Part shown: in pieces, positions 1-6,977 of the stretch
Numbering within the stretch: position 1 is the first letter of the stretch
Layout: the number at the start of each line of letters is the position of its first letter
NCBI GenBank assembly: GCA_016840425.1
Contig: JAEOSI010000081.1
Span: forward strand, 1-8,775
Direction of reading: 5' to 3'
Length of the DNA stretch: 8,775 bases
Source: Candidatus Wukongarchaeum yapensis
Lineage (GTDB): Archaea; Asgardarchaeota; Wukongarchaeia; Wukongarchaeales; Wukongarchaeaceae
Notes under the pieces: model-generated
Database searches by the model: none
Seen by the model: only the letters and a program-made list of their open reading frames with translations
What the model was told of the DNA's origin: nothing
Position numbers and translations under genes: made by a program

Positions 1-1
1 A

Positions 2-922
2 GCAGTCGACATACCCGACCCTTATAACGCGAAAATGAGGATCCTAGCCCGAAAAGAAGAAATCCTAAAATTAGCAAACGAGCAAGATCCAGTTCTCGTT
101 AAATTTGGAGGAGGCGCAAAAGACTTAGAAGTACGAATAATTGACACAATAACAGGACCCATGGTAATAACCCACCTACTAGTAGACGCACGCGACGCAA
201 TGGGCGCGAATGCAGTTAATACGATGGCTGAAGCAGCAGCGCCTCTCATTGAAGAGATAACTGGTGGGAGAGTATACTTAAGAATTATTTCAAATCTTGC
301 ATCTTACAGACTCTCAAGGGCGACCGCCATTTTCAGTAAAGAAGCTTTAGGGGGAGAAGAAGTTGTCGACGCTATAATTCGAGCTTACGCTTTTGCTTTA
401 GCTGATCCTTTCCGGGCGGCTACCCATAACAAAGGAATAATGAACGGAGTAATAGCATTAGTCATAGCTACAGGCAACGATCACAGAGCGGTTGAAGCAG
501 GAGCCCACGCTTACGCTGCAATAACCGGCCGATACATTCCTCTCACTATATGGGAGAAAAATAAAGACGGAGACCTAGTAGGATCAATAGAAATCCCCAT
601 GGCAGTAGGAACCATTGGCGGGGCGACAAAAACTCATCCCATTGCTAGGATTGTGCTTAAAATTTTGGGCGTAAAAACTGCGAGTGAGTTGGCTGAAATA
701 ATTGTTGCTGTAGGTTTGGCTCAGAATCTTGCGGCTTTGAGAGCTTTAGCAACAGAAGGCATCCAGAGGGGTCATATGGAGCTTCACGCAAGAAACATCG
801 CCATCATGGCCGGTGCCACAGGCGACCTCGTAGACAAAGTAGCAGAAATCCTCGTAAAAGAAAGGAAAATCAGAGTAGACCGCGCAGAAGAAGTGTTAAA
901 AGAACTCAAAGAAAAACAATAA
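2..922 (+). CDS. mvaA: Hydroxymethylglutaryl-CoA reductase, class II (bacterial/degradative type); 5'-partial
   Basis: Motifs [33 protein letters not shown] and [13 protein letters not shown] (catalytic His). The frame is open upstream of ATG 35 to the window edge ([11 protein letters not shown]), so the real start lies outside the window. Confidence 0.96.
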   Translation, partial: AVDIPDPYNAKMRILARKEEILKLANEQDPVLVKFGGGAKDLEVRIIDTITGPMVITHLLVDARDAMGANAVNTMAEAAAPLIEEITGGRVYLRIISNLASYRLSRATAIFSKEALGGEEVVDAIIRAYAFALADPFRAATHNKGIMNGVIALVIATGNDHRAVEAGAHAYAAITGRYIPLTIWEKNKDGDLVGSIEIPMAVGTIGGATKTHPIARIVLKILGVKTASELAEIIVAVGLAQNLAALRALATEGIQRGHMELHARNIAIMAGATGDLVDKVAEILVKERKIRVDRAEEVLKELKEKQ

Positions 923-940
923 AAAACCAAAAACACAACC
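921..940 (-). terminator. Putative oligo-T terminator for the EamA transcript
   Basis: Minus strand reads GGTTGTGTTTTTGGTTTTTT, about 40 nt past the EamA stop, in a convergent intergenic gap. Confidence 0.4.
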
Positions 941-981
941 ATTATACTCCCATTATTTTTTAAAAATCCCTAGAGAATTTC

Positions 982-1923
982 TCATTGTATCGAGTTAACT
1001 TTCGTCTTATCTTGGTCAATGATGACGACTAAATATAGGGCTGTTAAGAGTAAGCTTCCTCCAATCCATGTTGAAATTGCGGGTATTTCGTTAAAGATGA
1101 TTGCTGCTAGAACTGATGCGATGATGGGTTCTCCAAGAATCGCAAACCCAACTTCATGGGGTCTTACTAGTTTCATCGAATAGTTATAACCAGCATGGCC
1201 AATCAAAGATGGTCCTAGGGCGAGCAGTAAGAAAATAAGATAGTCGCTTGGATTTGCTGCTGTGAATTTTCGAGATGTCAGTAGCAAATAAGCGACAAGA
1301 AATAGAGCTGCAAAAATGTTGACGAGTCCAAAGTATCCCCAAAGGGATCTGGTACGGAGCATTCTCTTAGCAATGAAAAAATAAACTACCACCAGCCATG
1401 AAGCACTAATAGCCAAGAAGCCGCCAAAAGCCAGAGTCTCATCCAATACCAATTCTGCTTCTTGGTTAATTTGTAAGATCATAATACTAATCGCTATAAA
1501 GACTAAACCTATGCTAATCGATTCATTTCTTGTAGGTGGAACTCCCAAAAAGAGTAATGCGGCAACAGAAATCCAGATTGGTGTGGTGGTCACGAGTAAC
1601 ACACTCACCGCAACTGGAGCATACCTCAAGGACTCAAACCAAAGGACAAAATGAAATCCTAGGGAAAGCCCAGCTAACAAGATTAGCCCAGCTTCCTTTG
1701 TGTTACGTGGAAGAATATTTTCCTCTCCAGCAATCTTAGCTATTGAAACCGAAAGTACCCCTGCTATGAAAACCCTGTAAAACGCGATCAATGCAGCATC
1801 ATTCTCGAGGGAAAACCTCACCAAAATAGCCGCTGGGCCAACAGCAAGCGTCGCTATGATCAAGATCAATGTAGGATGGCTTTCAAGATTACTGCTAATT
1901 TTTGCTACCTGCAAAAGACCCAC
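982..1923 (-). CDS. DMT/EamA family inner-membrane transporter (two EamA halves, about 10 TM helices)
   Basis: 313 aa with repeated hydrophobic segments; family-like motifs IAFYR, GLSLGFHFVLWFESLRYAPVAVSVLLVTTTPIW, GPSLIGHAGYNYS, LGEPIIASVLAAIIFNE. GTG start at 1923; exact start uncertain. Confidence 0.92.
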   Translation of the reverse strand: MGLLQVAKISSNLESHPTLILIIATLAVGPAAILVRFSLENDAALIAFYRVFIAGVLSVSIAKIAGEENILPRNTKEAGLILLAGLSLGFHFVLWFESLRYAPVAVSVLLVTTTPIWISVAALLFLGVPPTRNESISIGLVFIAISIMILQINQEAELVLDETLAFGGFLAISASWLVVVYFFIAKRMLRTRSLWGYFGLVNIFAALFLVAYLLLTSRKFTAANPSDYLIFLLLALGPSLIGHAGYNYSMKLVRPHEVGFAILGEPIIASVLAAIIFNEIPAISTWIGGSLLLTALYLVVIIDQDKTKVNSIQ

Positions 1924-1942
1924 ACTCCCTACCCTATAACCC
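1919..1942 (-). other. Canonical G-quadruplex-forming motif over the EamA RBS and start codon
   Basis: Minus strand GGG-TTATA-GGG-TA-GGG-AGTGT-GGG (four G3 tracts, loops 5/2/5); the last tract includes the G of the GTG start. The motif is read directly; folding is untested. Confidence 0.6.
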
Positions 1943-1964
1943 TCTCCTCTTTTTGAACTTTTTT

Positions 1965-1990
1965 TATTTAAAAAACTGTTATCATACAGT
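1965..1990 (-). promoter_or_regulatory. Putative TATA box for EamA with an adjacent inverted repeat
   Basis: Minus strand TTTAAATA at 1972-1965, about 45 nt upstream of the start; ACTGT-N6-ACAGT at 1975-1990 and palindrome GTGTACAC at 1989-1996 lie just upstream. Confidence 0.4.
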
Positions 1991-2010
1991 GTACACGGAA
2001 TAATTCTCCT

Positions 2011-2733
2011 TTACCATCCGTAAACGCCTCTTAAAAGAACGTACAAAACTTCTGTTATAACTTTAACATTCAATCCTTCATCAGGTGACTTTTTTTCCGC
2101 TAAAACTAGGCTTTGACCATGTTCACTTCTCCCAATAGGCGTTATAAGCCTCCCTCCTAAAGCTAGCTGTTCAACCAACGGCTCAGGTATGCGAGGGCAT
2201 GAAGCAGTAATACAAATCTTATCATAGGGGGCTCCTGAAGGATAACCAAGCCCTCCGTCCCCTAAAACCATAATTATATCGCTGTAGCCAAGCCGTCTAA
2301 TGTTCTCTTCAGCATAATTATAGGTATCTTCATCTATTTCTACCGTGACCACCTTCCCACTGTCTCCGACAATTTCCCGGCCTAAAACTGCCCCGTAACC
2401 CGATCCAGTTCCTACTTCTAAAAACCTATCCCCTTCTCGTAAACCTAACGCTTCGTAAAAAAGCGGATAACTATGGGGGCACGATATAGTAGCGTTCGCT
2501 CCAGGAAGCGGGAAGGGGACCTCAAGATACGCGTAATCACGGTAAAAATCTGGTATAAACTCCTCCCTTGGAACTTTAAGCATGGCTTTAATTATCCTTG
2601 GTGATTTTAAAAATCCCCGCCTAATTAACAAGCTTACTTTCCTTTTTCTCTCCTCTAAAAAGACCTCTTTTGTTTTTTTAGGCCGTTTTGGCGGAGGGAT
2701 AACCCATCCCACCCAAAAATGCCCCCCAATCAT
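2011..2733 (-). CDS. pcm: Protein-L-isoaspartate O-methyltransferase (PIMT)
   Basis: AMLKVPREEF, ATISCPH, SAM-binding FLEVGTGSGYGA, KVVTVE, GDGGLGYPSGAPYDKI, LVEQLALGGRLITPIG. An in-frame GTG at 2712 is an alternative start. Confidence 0.93.
   Translation of the reverse strand: MIGGHFWVGWVIPPPKRPKKTKEVFLEERKRKVSLLIRRGFLKSPRIIKAMLKVPREEFIPDFYRDYAYLEVPFPLPGANATISCPHSYPLFYEALGLREGDRFLEVGTGSGYGAVLGREIVGDSGKVVTVEIDEDTYNYAEENIRRLGYSDIIMVLGDGGLGYPSGAPYDKICITASCPRIPEPLVEQLALGGRLITPIGRSEHGQSLVLAEKKSPDEGLNVKVITEVLYVLLRGVYGW
2703..2727 (-). other. Canonical G-quadruplex-forming motif at the 5' end of pcm
   Basis: Minus strand GGGGGG-CATTTTT-GGG-T-GGG-AT-GGG (loops 7/1/2); spans the alternative GTG start at 2712-2710. 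Confidence 0.55.
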
Positions 2734-2803
2734 TCAAATAAATAAAATAAAAATTGAAGTAATGGATTATTTTCCTCTAATTTACTGTCTTAGAAGCTTT
2801 CCG

Positions 2804-4099
2804 CTAATAGGTGAAAGAGGGTTTTTCTTGGGTCCATCTCTCGTTTAGTTTTCTAAGCTTTCTGCAATGTTCTTCAACCCATGCTGGGTCGACTTTTATC
2901 TTGGCCACTCCTGAATCCGTTGCCGCCTTCGCGACTGCCGAAGCTTCTACAGGAAAAACTTCTGGGTGTAAAGGATTAACTATTATGTATTCTTCATTCA
3001 ACTCTTCTTCCTTTACGAGGCTCGCTATTGCTTCTGCTGCCGCCACCTTCATCGCTTCATTTATATCCGTAGCCTTAACATCGAGGGCACCTCTAAAAAT
3101 CCCTGGAAATCCTAAAACGTTGTTTATTTGATTTGGATAGTCTGAACGCCCAGTTGCAACTATTTTCGCTCCTGCTTCTAAAGCATATTCGGGCATAATC
3201 TCTGGGACAGGGTTAGCCATGGCAAAAACAACAGCATCATCTGCCATGCTCCGTACCATCTCCTTCGTAACTACTTTCCCCACACTCAACCCTACGAAAA
3301 CGTCTGCACCCTTTATAGAATCGCTAAGCTTGCCTACAATTCCTTCTCTATTAGTAACCTTTGCAATTTCGTCTTTATACGGGTTCATTCCTTCCTTTCT
3401 TCCTTCATAAATTACTCCTTTAGTGTCGCACAAAATGAGGTCTTTTGCCCCCATAGCGATCAAAAATTTAGTGCAAGCTATACCGCCAGCACCCGCCCCG
3501 TTAAACGCTACCTTAATCTCGTCAATTTTTTTGCCAACAATTTTCAAAGCATTAATCAAGGCCGCTCCAAAAACCACAGCAGTACCGTGCTGATCATCAT
3601 GGAAAATCGGAATACTCATCTCTTTTTTGAGTCTTTCCTCTATATAAAAGCAATTAGGGGCAGCTATATCCTCAAGGTTTATGCCTCCAAAGCTTGGTTC
3701 TAAAAGCTTAGTAGTCTCCAGAACTTTATCAGGATCCTTCGATTTAATGCATATAGGGAAGGCGTCAACCCCCGCAAGCATCTTAAAGAGTACGCATTTT
3801 CCTTCCATCACAGGTAGACCGGCTTCTGGCCCTATATCTCCTAACCCTAAAATGGCGGTGCCGTCTGTTACAACTGCAACCATGTTCTGCCTCGCAGTAT
3901 ACTCCCAAACCTTCTCAGGATCTTTTGCAATTATTTTACAAGGTTCCGCCACGCCAGGCGTATATGCAAGACTTAAATCTTTAACATTTTTTAAAGGGGT
4001 TTTACTCACAACACTAATCTTCCCATGATAAGGTGGGTTATTTCTATGATATTCTAACACCTCGTCCACGCTAAACTTTACTAAACTCTTTGACTTCAA
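2804..4099 (-). CDS. mae: NAD(P)-dependent malic enzyme, short prokaryotic type without a PTA domain
   Basis: LSLAYTPGVA, VVTDGTAILGLGDIGPEAGLPVMEGK, INLEDIAAPNCF, FHDDQHGTA, NGAGAGG, FAMANPVPEI, ATGRSDYPNQINNVLGFPGIFRGALD. TTG start, bounded by an in-frame TGA at 4108-4106. Confidence 0.96.
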   Translation of the reverse strand: MKSKSLVKFSVDEVLEYHRNNPPYHGKISVVSKTPLKNVKDLSLAYTPGVAEPCKIIAKDPEKVWEYTARQNMVAVVTDGTAILGLGDIGPEAGLPVMEGKCVLFKMLAGVDAFPICIKSKDPDKVLETTKLLEPSFGGINLEDIAAPNCFYIEERLKKEMSIPIFHDDQHGTAVVFGAALINALKIVGKKIDEIKVAFNGAGAGGIACTKFLIAMGAKDLILCDTKGVIYEGRKEGMNPYKDEIAKVTNREGIVGKLSDSIKGADVFVGLSVGKVVTKEMVRSMADDAVVFAMANPVPEIMPEYALEAGAKIVATGRSDYPNQINNVLGFPGIFRGALDVKATDINEAMKVAAAEAIASLVKEEELNEEYIIVNPLHPEVFPVEASAVAKAATDSGVAKIKVDPAWVEEHCRKLRKLNERWTQEKPSFTY

Positions 4100-4158
4100 A
4101 ATCCATCACTACTCCTAAAAAGCACAAAAAATTAACTTTTTAGTTTGGATAAAACGTG

Positions 4159-4264
4159 AATCTCCTCCTCAAATCCTTCTTATAAAGATTATTGTCTTAA
4201 ATCTTAGAGAAACCATTGCTTTTTACAGAAAGATTAAAAATCTCCTAGATTTGATGTTAAGATT
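4159..4264. repeat. Cluster of seven AGATT/AATCT pentamers, several paired as inverted repeats
   Basis: AATCT at 4159, 4200, 4239; AGATT at 4186, 4231, 4247, 4260. Confidence 0.5.
4180..4186 (-). promoter_or_regulatory. Putative TATA box for mae
   Basis: Minus strand TTTATAA about 80 nt upstream of the start; SD-like AGGAG at 4116-4112. Confidence 0.35.
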
Positions 4265-4335
4265 GTTAAAAAGAAATTATAGGTTATTATATATTGAAAA
4301 TAAGACGGTTTGAATTTTTATATTGCCCTGAAATG

Positions 4336-4362
4336 AAAAACTCTTATTTTTTAGGAGTTTTT
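4336..4362. promoter_or_regulatory. Inverted repeat/hairpin immediately upstream of the peptidase promoter
   Basis: AAAAACTCTTA-TTTTT-TAGGAGTTTTT: 11-bp stem with one T.G pair and a 5-nt loop, followed by further T residues. Confidence 0.45.
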
Positions 4363-4367
4363 TTGAT

Positions 4368-4382
4368 CGAAAAATTTATATA
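4368..4382 (+). promoter_or_regulatory. Putative archaeal BRE + TATA promoter for the peptidase/HEAT genes
   Basis: CGAAAAA followed directly by TTTATATA (4375-4382). Confidence 0.55.
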
Positions 4383-4400
4383 AATCACTATAGTATTTAT

Positions 4401-4443
4401 AACTACATATATAGAAAACTACATATAAAGATAACTACACTAT
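4401..4443 (+). repeat. Three direct repeats of AACTACA(T/C) at exact 16-bp period
   Basis: AACTACATATA at 4401 and 4417; AACTACACTAT at 4433. Confidence 0.8.
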
Positions 4444-4506
4444 TAAAAACCCCGAGAATAAAACAAAAATAATCTTTAGCAAGAGGTTTAGGAAAAGGTG
4501 TTTGAA

Positions 4507-6369
4507 ATGAGCAATAAAAACAAAGCAAAACTTCCTAAACTAAGATATACCTTTGAACAGCTTGCAAATGTACGCCTGATAGGTGGAAGCTACCGTGAAG
4601 ATGGATGCACATTTTCGCCTGACGGTAAGCAGATAGTTATCGTGATAGATCTAGATGGTCAGAGAAACCTCTGGCTTATGCCCACTACGGGGGGTTTTCC
4701 TGTACAACTTACTTTTTTCAAGGATCAGACTGTTCGGAGGGTAAAATGGTCTCCTGTCTCAAACCAGATCGCATTCACTGCAGACGAGAAAGGTAATGAG
4801 CTCGAACAACTCTACCTCCTAGATCTCGATAAGGAGGCAAGACCCCGATTGCTTATTGACAATCCTGAAAAGCGCTATATGCTCTCCCACTGGTCACCGG
4901 ATGGTAAATTTCTTTACTATGCAACAGATGATCGCTACCCGCGTGCTCTTGATGTTGCCCGATTTGAGGTAACCACAGGTAAGAAAGAACGTCTCACAGA
5001 AGAAGATAATATCCTAACGCCCGAGCCTTCCTCTCCCAAGGGAAATTATTTACCAATAAGCGAAACATTTGGGAATGACCACTCTACTATTCATCTCCTA
5101 GATTTTGAAACTGGGAAACGGCATGAACTTACACCCCACACAGAACGAGCGCGTTACTACTTTCAAGCTTGGAATCAGGACAACCATAACCTCTACGCAC
5201 TTACGGATGATGGCTCCGAATTTATGCACCTTATTCAAATCGATGTGGAGACAAACAAGCAAAAAATTAGTGCCAAACCGCAATGGGATATCCTTAACGC
5301 GACAACATCTAAAGATGGTCGATGGTTAGCTTACACAGTTAATCGTGGTGGTCATTACATCATTGTGCTACAAAACCTTGAGACAGAAGAAGAACACTTT
5401 ATCGGAGAAGAATCACCAGCTCTTCATGTTGATCTTAAATTCACACCAGATAATAGCTATCTTGTATTCATTCGAATGGAAGCAACACGAGCTGGCGATT
5501 ATCACCTATTCTATTTGGAGAACGGTAGTATAAAGCGTGTAACAAATTCTATGTCAGGCGGTGTTCGGAGTGAACACCTTATTGCACCTGAACTAATCCA
5601 ATATGAGAGTTTTGACCAGTCCATTCCAGCATGGTTCTATCTCCCGAAAGGGGAAGGGCCATTCCCATGTGTTCTCTCTATTCACGGCGGTCCTCAGGTC
5701 CAAGAAACACCCCACTATTATCATTTTTACCAATATATCCTTCAAGCTGGTATTGCTATTCTCGCACCCAATATTCGTGGATCCACAGGATATGGAAGGA
5801 CCTATATGCGTCTTATCCAACGCGACCTTGGTGGTGGTGATCTTAAAGATATTGAAGCAGCAGCAAAATTCCTGCTGGCACATCCAAAGATTGATGGCGA
5901 GCGAATCGGAATTTACGGTGGTAGTTATGGCGGTTTTGCAGTTCTCTCAGCAGTTACACGTCTTCCTGACTACTGGTGTGCAGCTGTAGACATTGTTGGT
6001 CCTTCGAATCTTGTAACTTTCCTTGAATCTATCCCAGAGTTTTGGAAGCCGATGGTAAAGGAAATATTTGGAGATATTGACGATCCAGAAGACCGAAAGT
6101 TCTTGATTGAAAGGTCGCCAATTACCTATATTGACAAAGCAAAAACGCCCATTCTCATCATCCAAGGAGCCAACGATCCCCGCGTCGTAAAATCGGAGAG
6201 TGATCAGATGGTGGAAGCACTTCGAAAGAAAGGTGTACCTGTAGAATACCTAGTTTTTGAAGACGAGGGACACGGTTTCACGAAAACAGAGAATGCGATT
6301 CGAGCATGGAAACAATCTGCAAAGTTCTTTTTCGAGCATCTCCTTGGAGAAGTGCCAGAAGAAACATAG
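4507..6369 (+). CDS. S9 family serine peptidase (acylaminoacyl-peptidase/prolyl oligopeptidase-like): N-terminal beta-propeller plus alpha/beta hydrolase
   Basis: Propeller repeats FSPDGKQI, WSPVSNQI, WSPDGKFL, SKDGRWL; HGGP; NIRGSTGYG; nucleophile GGSYGG; acid QGANDPRV; base DEGHGF. ATG 4507 chosen because AAGGTG (4495-4500) is a well-spaced SD; GTG 4498 is the alternative. No obvious signal peptide. Confidence 0.95.
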   Translation: MSNKNKAKLPKLRYTFEQLANVRLIGGSYREDGCTFSPDGKQIVIVIDLDGQRNLWLMPTTGGFPVQLTFFKDQTVRRVKWSPVSNQIAFTADEKGNELEQLYLLDLDKEARPRLLIDNPEKRYMLSHWSPDGKFLYYATDDRYPRALDVARFEVTTGKKERLTEEDNILTPEPSSPKGNYLPISETFGNDHSTIHLLDFETGKRHELTPHTERARYYFQAWNQDNHNLYALTDDGSEFMHLIQIDVETNKQKISAKPQWDILNATTSKDGRWLAYTVNRGGHYIIVLQNLETEEEHFIGEESPALHVDLKFTPDNSYLVFIRMEATRAGDYHLFYLENGSIKRVTNSMSGGVRSEHLIAPELIQYESFDQSIPAWFYLPKGEGPFPCVLSIHGGPQVQETPHYYHFYQYILQAGIAILAPNIRGSTGYGRTYMRLIQRDLGGGDLKDIEAAAKFLLAHPKIDGERIGIYGGSYGGFAVLSAVTRLPDYWCAAVDIVGPSNLVTFLESIPEFWKPMVKEIFGDIDDPEDRKFLIERSPITYIDKAKTPILIIQGANDPRVVKSESDQMVEALRKKGVPVEYLVFEDEGHGFTKTENAIRAWKQSAKFFFEHLLGEVPEET

Positions 6370-6424
6370 ATATTCTTTGTAATCCATATCCTTAACTAGA
6401 CTTAGTCAGCGAAAGGATGAAAGG

Positions 6425-6934
6425 ATGAAAACAAAGAATGATGTTGAAGGCTTGATAAAGGTCTTGAAGTATAAGAAAGACTTTAAAGTTCGAGCCGAGG
6501 CAGCATGGGTCCTTGGTAAGATAGGGGATGGGAGCGCGGTTGAACCTCTAATTCACGCTTTAAAGGATAAGCATTGGTCTGTTCGTTGGAGATCGCCTAT
6601 AGCCCTTGGCGAGATAGGAAATCCTATAGCGATAAATTCCCTCATTCAAGCTCTAAAGGATAAACATTGGACCGTTCGAAAGAAAGCAGCTATAGCTCTT
6701 AGAAACTTAGGAGAACCCGCAGTAGAACATCTTATCCGGGCATTAAAAGATAAAAATCGAGTTGTTCGTTGGAGGGTAGTAGAAGCTCTTGGAAAAATAG
6801 GGGATAAAATAGCTTTAAACCCTCTCAAACAGACTCTAGCAGACGAAGATTGGGATGTTCGAAAAGCTGTAAGAGAGGCTTTAGAGAGGGTTGAGAAGAA
6901 GAGGAAACCTGAAAATAATGGGAGATCAAGATAA
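6425..6934 (+). CDS. PBS-lyase/HEAT-like repeat protein (five repeats of about 31 aa)
   Basis: Repeated consensus LIxALKDxxWxVRxxAAxALGxIG; no catalytic domain visible. Confidence 0.9.
   Translation: MKTKNDVEGLIKVLKYKKDFKVRAEAAWVLGKIGDGSAVEPLIHALKDKHWSVRWRSPIALGEIGNPIAINSLIQALKDKHWTVRKKAAIALRNLGEPAVEHLIRALKDKNRVVRWRVVEALGKIGDKIALNPLKQTLADEDWDVRKAVREALERVEKKRKPENNGRSR
6557..6678 (+). repeat. Intragenic 93-nt-period duplication in the HEAT gene
   Basis: GCTTTAAAGGATAAGCATTGGTCTGTTCG (6557) versus GCTCTAAAGGATAAACATTGGACCGTTCG (6650). Confidence 0.7.
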
Positions 6935-6977
6935 TGCAAACTTGAAGGTGGAGGAGGTCAATCAGCTATGAGCGCCC

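Noticed and set aside
35-37. ATG 35 and GTG 8744 as true starts of the edge genes
   Set aside because: Both frames stay open to the window edges and homology continues upstream, so both genes are partial.
1975-1990. ACTGT-N6-ACAGT as a LexA SOS box
   Set aside because: Spacing is CTG-N8-CAG, not CTG-N10-CAG, and the host appears archaeal.
22-3410. Short ORFs 22-249(-), 1536-1739(+), 2582-2848(+), 2811-3131(+), 3219-3410(+)
   Set aside because: Antisense shadows of well-supported genes with no recognisable motifs.
4111-4358. Perfect 11-bp inverted repeat ACTCCTAAAAA (4111-4121) / TTTTTAGGAGT (4348-4358) as MITE or invertible-segment ends
   Set aside because: Does not extend, is largely an A/T run, the left copy is explained as the mae SD, and no target-site duplication or recombinase is seen.
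4401-4448. 16-bp periodic repeats as a mini-CRISPR array
   Set aside because: Repeat core and intervening sequence are far too short for CRISPR repeats/spacers and no cas gene is in the window.
3681-6165. Short ORFs 3681-4028(+), 5098-5283(-), 5105-5329(+), 5345-5533(+), 5593-5883(-), 5603-5989(+), 5631-5840(+), 5947-6165(-)
   Set aside because: Fully nested in mae or the peptidase in alternative frames; no family features.
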